DNA from: Candidatus Limnocylindria bacterium
GTDB taxonomy: Bacteria; Chloroflexota; Limnocylindria; QHBO01
DNA length: 64,000 nucleotides
Assembly: GCA_036555375.1 (NCBI GenBank)
Contig: DATBLJ010000018.1
Span: 2,617-66,616, forward strand
Reading direction: 5' to 3'
Shown: in pieces, positions 58,705 through 64,000 of the stretch
How positions within the stretch are numbered: the stretch's first letter is position 1
Layout: each line of letters begins with the position of its first letter
Translations under genes and position numbers: made by a program
Notes under the pieces: model-generated
Databases searched by the model: none
Told to the model about the DNA's origin: nothing
Seen by the model: only the letters and a program-made list of their open reading frames with translations

Positions 58705-59790
58705 ATGATCCCCACGCTCACCGACGACGCGATCATGGCTGCCCTGGCCCGGGTCAAGGACCCGGAGATCGGGCGCGACCTCGTCTCCCTGAACATGGTG
58801 CGCGGGGTGGACATCACCGGTTCCGCGGTGAAGGTCACCGTCGAGCTGACGACCCCGGCGTGCCCGCTCAAGGGGAAGATCGAGGACGACATCGCGACCG
58901 AGCTGTCTGGGCTCGGCGCCGACCTCGTCTCGGTCGAGTGGGAGTCGAACGTCAAGCGCAGCTTTGGCGGACCGATGGCCGACTTGATCCCCGGCGTACG
59001 CAACACGATCGCGGTCGGGTCCGGCAAGGGCGGCGTGGGCAAGACGACGGTCGCCGTCAACCTGGCGGTCAGCCTGGCCCGCGACGGGGCCCGGGTCGGG
59101 CTGCTGGACGCGGACATCACCGGGCCCAACGTCCCGCTCATGATGGGCACCCAGGAAGGGCACGTGACCGGCAACGCCGGGCGGGTGAACCCGGTCGTCA
59201 GCCACGGCGTGAAGATGATGAGCATCCAGTATTTCCTCACCGGCGACGCCCCCGTCATCTGGCGCGGCCCGCTCATCCATTCCGCGATCCAGCAGTTCCT
59301 TCGCGACGTCGAGTGGGGTGAGCTCGACTACCTCGTCATCGACCTGCCGCCGGGGACCGGCGACGCCGCCCTCTCGCTGGCGCAGCTGATCCCGCTGTCG
59401 GGTGCGGTGATCGTGACCACGCCCCAGGAGGTCTCGCTGCTCGACGCCCGCAAGGCGATCGCGATGTTCTCGAAGGTCAACGTCCGGACCCTGGGCGTGG
59501 TCGAGAACATGAGCGGCTTCATCTGCCCCGACTGCGGCACCGAGCACGACCTGTTCGGCTCGGGCGGCGGGGCGGCGATCGCCCGTGAGCTGGGCCTCGA
59601 GGTCCTGGGCCGGATCCCGATCGAGCCCGCGGTCCGCTCGGGTGGCGACGCCGGCGTGCCGATCACCTCGGCCCAGCATCCCGAGTCGGACCAGTCGCGG
59701 GCGGCCGAGGCCCTCCGCGAGGTGTCCCGGGTGGTCGCCGGCCGGATCTCGGTCCTCGCCGCGCCAATGGCGGCCGCAGCCGCCAGCTGA
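58705..59790 (+). CDS. apbC: Mrp/ApbC/NBP35 family Fe-S cluster carrier ATPase with N-terminal DUF59 domain
   Basis: ATG 58705. Deviant Walker A GKGGVGKTT; CxxC (FICPDCG); N-terminal MIP18-like domain. Confidence 0.9.
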   Translation: MIPTLTDDAIMAALARVKDPEIGRDLVSLNMVRGVDITGSAVKVTVELTTPACPLKGKIEDDIATELSGLGADLVSVEWESNVKRSFGGPMADLIPGVRNTIAVGSGKGGVGKTTVAVNLAVSLARDGARVGLLDADITGPNVPLMMGTQEGHVTGNAGRVNPVVSHGVKMMSIQYFLTGDAPVIWRGPLIHSAIQQFLRDVEWGELDYLVIDLPPGTGDAALSLAQLIPLSGAVIVTTPQEVSLLDARKAIAMFSKVNVRTLGVVENMSGFICPDCGTEHDLFGSGGGAAIARELGLEVLGRIPIEPAVRSGGDAGVPITSAQHPESDQSRAAEALREVSRVVAGRISVLAAPMAAAAAS

Positions 59791-59808
59791 TCTCCCGGCT
59801 GACCCCAG

Positions 59809-60879
59809 CTAGGCCGCGCGCGACTCCCGTTCGTACGGCTTGCCGTCGGCGGCCGGCGGAATGCTGCGGCCCACGAACCCGGCCAGGACGACGATCGTGA
59901 TGATGTATGGCAGCGCTTCGTAGACCTCGAGCGGGATGCTCGTCAGGATGTCGCCCAGCTGGCCCTCCGGCGGAACGAACCGGATGAGGCGTTCGATGCC
60001 GACCGAGGAGGCGAACAACAGGGCCGCCCCGAAGGCGCCGATCGGCGTGTATCGGCCGAAGATCAGGGCCGCCAGGGCGATGAACCCACGTCCATTCGTC
60101 ATGCCGCCCTGGAAGGCGGAGCCGAACTCGATCGTGAGGTAGGCCCCCGCCAGTCCGGCAAAGATCCCGCCCAGGATCACGTTCCGATACCGGAGGCGGA
60201 TGACGTCGATGCCCACCGTCTCCGCGGCTTTCGGGTGCTCACCGACGGCCTTCGTCCGCAGCCCCCAGCGCGACCGATGCAGGAGGACCTGGAGCACGAT
60301 CACCGAGATCAGCATCGTCAGCGCGATCGGTCCCACCGCGAGGAACGATTCGATCAGCCACCCGACGATCGGCAGGTCGGTGATCGCCGACGGCATCGCC
60401 AGCGACTTGAACGAGCCGGCGCTGGTCGGTGCTTCCTGGCTGATGAGCAGGTTCAGGTAGCCGGTGATGCCGAACGCGAAGATGTTGATGATCGTGCCGC
60501 TGATGATCTGGTCGGCCCGGACCGTGATCGACAGCCAGGCGTGGACCGCCGAGACCAGGCACGCGGCCAGGATCGCGGCCACCAGCCCGACCAGCAGCGG
60601 GATGGTGATCCCGAACGGCAGCGAGCTCGAGCTCGCGGGAATGAACCCGTGGACCAGGGACGCGACCCACCAGGCCACGAAGGCCGAGGTCAGCATCATC
60701 CCCTCGATGCCGATGTTCACCACGCCCGAGCGCTCGTTCATGAACCCGCACAGCGCACCCAGGACGACCGGCACGGCGGCCGCAACGATGATCGGCGCGA
60801 TCACCGGGAGGTGGGTGCCGAGGTACGCGACGAACTGGATCAGCAGTCCGATGACCGGGATGTCGTAGAGGACTTCCAT
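59809..60879 (-). CDS. ABC transporter permease (BMP/nucleoside-type, YufQ-like)
   Basis: 356 aa, about 9 TM helices; permease family typical of CUT2/BMP uptake systems. Confidence 0.8.
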   Translation of the reverse strand: MEVLYDIPVIGLLIQFVAYLGTHLPVIAPIIVAAAVPVVLGALCGFMNERSGVVNIGIEGMMLTSAFVAWWVASLVHGFIPASSSSLPFGITIPLLVGLVAAILAACLVSAVHAWLSITVRADQIISGTIINIFAFGITGYLNLLISQEAPTSAGSFKSLAMPSAITDLPIVGWLIESFLAVGPIALTMLISVIVLQVLLHRSRWGLRTKAVGEHPKAAETVGIDVIRLRYRNVILGGIFAGLAGAYLTIEFGSAFQGGMTNGRGFIALAALIFGRYTPIGAFGAALLFASSVGIERLIRFVPPEGQLGDILTSIPLEVYEALPYIITIVVLAGFVGRSIPPAADGKPYERESRAA

Positions 60880-60885
60880 CGTCGG

Positions 60886-62010
60886 TTACGGCCGCTGTGC
60901 GTACGATTCGGACAGGTTCCCGATCTCGCCCAGGCCCTCGGCGGCCTGCCTGACGCGGAAGACCCGGCGGACGAGGACCTCGGCGGTCAGGAAGAACAGG
61001 ATCACCGCCTGCAGGACGCTGACCATCTGGAACGGGATGCCGGCCTGGATCTGCATCGCGCCCGACCCGGCCTGCATGGCCCCGAACAGGAGTCCCGCGA
61101 AGAGGATGCCGACCGGGTTGGCCCGCCCGAGGAGGGCGACCGCGATCGCGTCGAACCCGATCGTCGTCGAAAACGAGGCCGGCATATAGCCGACCTCGCC
61201 GAGGATCTGGGTCGCGCCGGCCAGCCCGGCGAACAACCCGCAGAGGGCCATCGTGAAGATGATCAGCCAGCGCGGGTTCATCCCCGCGTAGCGGGCGGCC
61301 TCGCTGTTCGCGCCGGTGGTCCGCACCTCGAAGCCGATCGTCGAGCGGTACAGGAACCACCAGACGATGGGCACCGCCAGGGCGGCGAGCAAAATGCCCA
61401 GATGGCCGTCGTCGCCGAGGATGATCGGCAGGCTGGCGGCGTGGATGTCATCGGTCCGCGAGTAGGTCACGTTCTCGCCGCGCAACGGGCCGCTGATGAA
61501 GTACGACACGATGAAGATCGCGACGTAATTCAGCATGATCGTGGTCACGACCTCGTGGGCCCCGCTGAACGCCTTGAGCACGCCGGGAATAGCGCCGTAC
61601 AGCAGGCCGCCGGCCATGCCGGCAATGAGCGAGGCCGGGATCGCGATCGCCGGCGACGCGTCGTCCAGGGCGAGGGCGGTGGCGGTGGCGGTCAGGGCGC
61701 CGACCAGGAACTGACCCTGAGCGCCGATGTTGAACAGACCCGCCTTGAAGCCGATCCCCACCGCGAAGCCGGCCAGGATCAGCGGGCTCGCCTCGGTCAG
61801 TGTCTCGACGATGGCGTCGAACGAGCCGAAAGCCCCCCGGAACAGCGCCACGTACGCGGTGATCGGCAGCGTCAGGTCGAATCCGTCGACCAGCGGGCTG
61901 GACAGGATCATGATCACCGCCCCGGTCACCAGGGCGAGCACGATCGCGAGGAAGGGAACCAGGACGAGCGCCCGGATCCGGGCCAGGTTCCAGCCCCGCA
62001 GGGCGGTCAC
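60886..62010 (-). CDS. ABC transporter permease (BMP/nucleoside-type, YufP-like)
   Basis: 374 aa polytopic; stop overlaps the downstream ATPase gene (4-nt overlap at 62007-62010). Confidence 0.8.
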   Translation of the reverse strand: MTALRGWNLARIRALVLVPFLAIVLALVTGAVIMILSSPLVDGFDLTLPITAYVALFRGAFGSFDAIVETLTEASPLILAGFAVGIGFKAGLFNIGAQGQFLVGALTATATALALDDASPAIAIPASLIAGMAGGLLYGAIPGVLKAFSGAHEVVTTIMLNYVAIFIVSYFISGPLRGENVTYSRTDDIHAASLPIILGDDGHLGILLAALAVPIVWWFLYRSTIGFEVRTTGANSEAARYAGMNPRWLIIFTMALCGLFAGLAGATQILGEVGYMPASFSTTIGFDAIAVALLGRANPVGILFAGLLFGAMQAGSGAMQIQAGIPFQMVSVLQAVILFFLTAEVLVRRVFRVRQAAEGLGEIGNLSESYAQRP

Positions 62011-63608
62011 GACGCGACCTCCTGCGCCTCGGCCGCGGGGGCCTTGCCGCCGGTTGCCATCAACAGACCGACCGCCTCCCGATCCGCGCCTCGGCCGTCG
62101 ACGACCGCCACGATCGCGCCGCGGTACATGACCCCGATCCGATCACTCAGCTCGAGGACCTCGTCGAGCTCGGCCGAGACGAGGAGGATCCCGACCCCGG
62201 AATCCCGGCGCGCGATCGCCTGGCGGTGGATGAACTCGATCGAGCCCACGTCCAGGCCGCGGGTCGGCTGGTCGAGGACGAGGAGCTTGAGGTCACCCTC
62301 GAACTCGCGGGCCACGACGACCTTCTGCTGGTTGCCACCCGAAAGCGTGGAGGTGGTGACCGTCGCCGACGGGGTGCGGACGTCGTACTGGGCGATCATC
62401 GCCTCCGCGTCGCGGAGGATGGCCGCGTCGTTGCGGACCAGCCCGCGGCTGTAGGGGGCGTGGTAGTAGTCGTTCAGGACCAGGTTGTCGGTGAGCGGGA
62501 AGCTCAGGACCAGGCCGAACCGATGGCGGTCGCCGGGAACGAACCCGACGCCCGCCCGGTGGAGCTGGCGGGGGCCGGCGCCGGTCACATCCTTGCCGGC
62601 CAGCTGGACCGATCCGGACGCCGGCTTGCGGAGCCCGATCAGCGCCTCGACGAGCTCGTCCTGGCCGTTGCCGGCTACGCCGGCGATCCCGAAGATCTCG
62701 CCCGCGCGCAGGCTGAAGCTCACGCCGTGGACCACCTCCTGGCCGCGGTCGTCGCGGACGTGGAGGTTCTCGACGGCGAGCACCGGATCGCTCGGGTGGC
62801 TCGTGCCGCGGTCGACGGTGAGCTGCACCTCCCGGCCGACCATGAGCTCGGCGAGATCCTCCTCGTCGGTCTTCGCGGGGACGCGCTGGCCGACGACCTT
62901 GCCCCGCCGGATGACGGTGATCCGGTCAGCGACCTCGAGCACCTCGTACAGCTTGTGGGAGATGAAGACGATCGCGTAGCCCTCGTCGCGGAGGCGGCGC
63001 AGGACGTCGAAGATCTCGCGTGTCTCCTGCGGCGTGAGCACGGCCGTGGGCTCGTCGAGGATGAGGACCTTCGCGTCGCGGTAGAGGGCCTTGAGGATCT
63101 CGACTCGTTGCTGCCAGCCGACCGACAGCTGGCCGACCTGGCGGTCGGGGTCGATCTCCCAGCCGAACCGGGCGCCGAGCTCGCGGATCCGCTCGCGGGC
63201 GCCGGCGCGGTCGAGCAGGATCGGGCCCCGCATCGGCTCCTCACCGAGCAGGATGTTCTCGGCGACGGTCAGGACCGGGACGAGCATGAAGTGCTGGTGC
63301 ACCATGCTGATCCCGCGGTCGATGGCGTCGTGGGGGCTGGTGATCGTGACCGGCTCGCCGAAGAGGCGGATCTCCCCGGCGTCGGGGACGGCGAGGCCGT
63401 ACAGGACGTTCATCAGGGTCGTCTTGCCGGCGCCGTTCTCGCCCAGCAGGGCGTGGATCTCGCCGGCCCGAACCTCGAGGTCGATCCCGTCGTTGGCGGT
63501 CACGCCGGGGTAGCGCTTCGTGATGCCGCGCATCTCGAGCGGCGGCGGGCTCGCCGGTGGCGTGCTCGTGGTGGCGCCGGTGTCGGGTGCCGTGGGCTCA
63601 GTCGTCAT
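62007..63608 (-). CDS. ABC transporter ATP-binding protein with duplicated ABC domains (CUT2/BMP-type)
   Basis: Two Walker A motifs (GENGAGKTT; GVAGNGQDE), two signature-like motifs, Walker B ILDEPT / LVLDQPT. Confidence 0.85.
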   Translation of the reverse strand: MTTEPTAPDTGATTSTPPASPPPLEMRGITKRYPGVTANDGIDLEVRAGEIHALLGENGAGKTTLMNVLYGLAVPDAGEIRLFGEPVTITSPHDAIDRGISMVHQHFMLVPVLTVAENILLGEEPMRGPILLDRAGARERIRELGARFGWEIDPDRQVGQLSVGWQQRVEILKALYRDAKVLILDEPTAVLTPQETREIFDVLRRLRDEGYAIVFISHKLYEVLEVADRITVIRRGKVVGQRVPAKTDEEDLAELMVGREVQLTVDRGTSHPSDPVLAVENLHVRDDRGQEVVHGVSFSLRAGEIFGIAGVAGNGQDELVEALIGLRKPASGSVQLAGKDVTGAGPRQLHRAGVGFVPGDRHRFGLVLSFPLTDNLVLNDYYHAPYSRGLVRNDAAILRDAEAMIAQYDVRTPSATVTTSTLSGGNQQKVVVAREFEGDLKLLVLDQPTRGLDVGSIEFIHRQAIARRDSGVGILLVSAELDEVLELSDRIGVMYRGAIVAVVDGRGADREAVGLLMATGGKAPAAEAQEVAS

Positions 63609-63683
63609 GCGACGTCAGAAACAGCGCGAGCGGGCCGATCCAGGATCGGCCCGCTCGCTGAGCGTCGTGCGACTCGAGGGTCG

Positions 63684-64000
63684 CTACTCGGTTCCCAGGT
63701 CCTCCTCGCCTGCGTAGCACAGGCCCGAAGGCTCGCACGGATCCAGGTCGCCGCTCGCCATGCCGTCGAAGGCATCGTCGATCGCGGCCTGGGTGTCATC
63801 CGAGACCAGGTCACCGAACTGGTAGTACGGCGCGAGGCCGATACCGTCGTTGTCGGCGCCGTAGAAGACGTTGCTGTCACGCGCGTCGCCGCTGGCGAAG
63901 GTCGTGATCGACTCGCTGACCGCCAGGGTCAGGTGCTTCTCGGCACTGGTCACGATGCAGACCTGGGCGGACGGGTACGAGATCCACTGGTCGACGTCCA
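63684..64000 (-). CDS. BMP-family ABC substrate-binding lipoprotein (C-terminal part; 5' end beyond window)
   Basis: Stop at 63684-63686; frame open to the window edge; operon-proximal to the BMP-type permeases and ATPase. Confidence 0.6.
   Translation of the reverse strand, partial: DVDQWISYPSAQVCIVTSAEKHLTLAVSESITTFASGDARDSNVFYGADNDGIGLAPYYQFGDLVSDDTQAAIDDAFDGMASGDLDPCEPSGLCYAGEEDLGTE

Overview
This 64 kb window is a very GC-rich (about 71-72 % GC) chromosomal segment that looks actinobacterial. The evidence is Ni-superoxide dismutase with its SodX protease, a PIG-L deacetylase, a CGNR zinc-finger regulator, frequent GTG/TTG starts and many 4-nt ATGA/GTGA start-stop overlaps. About 65 tightly packed genes are called; GC-rich antisense frames give many long spurious ORFs, which are rejected below. 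No rRNA, tRNA, CRISPR array, transposase or integrase is visible.

Most of the content is housekeeping:
- Mfd followed by a YcaQ/AlkZ-like repair protein
- aconitase
- a PAS-GGDEF-EAL c-di-GMP protein
- Apt and AhcY
- ProC, then ManC / a DUF374 protein / ManB / a PGI-PMI isomerase
- a cobalamin riboswitch driving a BtuFCD-like ABC importer
- TrpS
- BirA, an ECF sigma/anti-sigma pair, then an uninterrupted accD-accA-(BCCP-like)-accC-fabZ-fabF-accB-fabH-fabG block
- SodN with SodX, then DeoC
- a sigma factor overlapping Ogt
- an aldehyde dehydrogenase pair
- MgtE with a terminator-containing leader
- PolX, a CsoR-type repressor, a DUF255 thioredoxin protein, YjbQ, an LCP protein, an adenosine-deaminase-family protein, Mrp/ApbC, and a nucleoside-type ABC importer.

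The regions not explained by standard annotation:
- an AT-rich island at 45.59-45.95 kb with divergent consensus promoters, four phased GTAAC/GTTAC half-sites and a self-contained 52-codon ORF
- a two-gene module at 48.6-52.3 kb: a TPR protein with an acidic tail, plus a 940-aa protein that combines an amino-methyltransferase-like fold (motif I intact, motif IV degenerate as GAPPPP), an inserted Cys4 zinc ribbon, a Pro-rich linker and an unassigned roughly 450-aa C-terminal region. This is the strongest candidate for an undescribed system.
- a BCCP paralog lacking the biotinyl-lysine, sitting between accA and accC
- a sigma factor translationally coupled to Ogt
- a truncated ALDH paralog
- a CsoR operator palindrome
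- a DUF374 gene whose conserved N-terminus has no canonical start codon.
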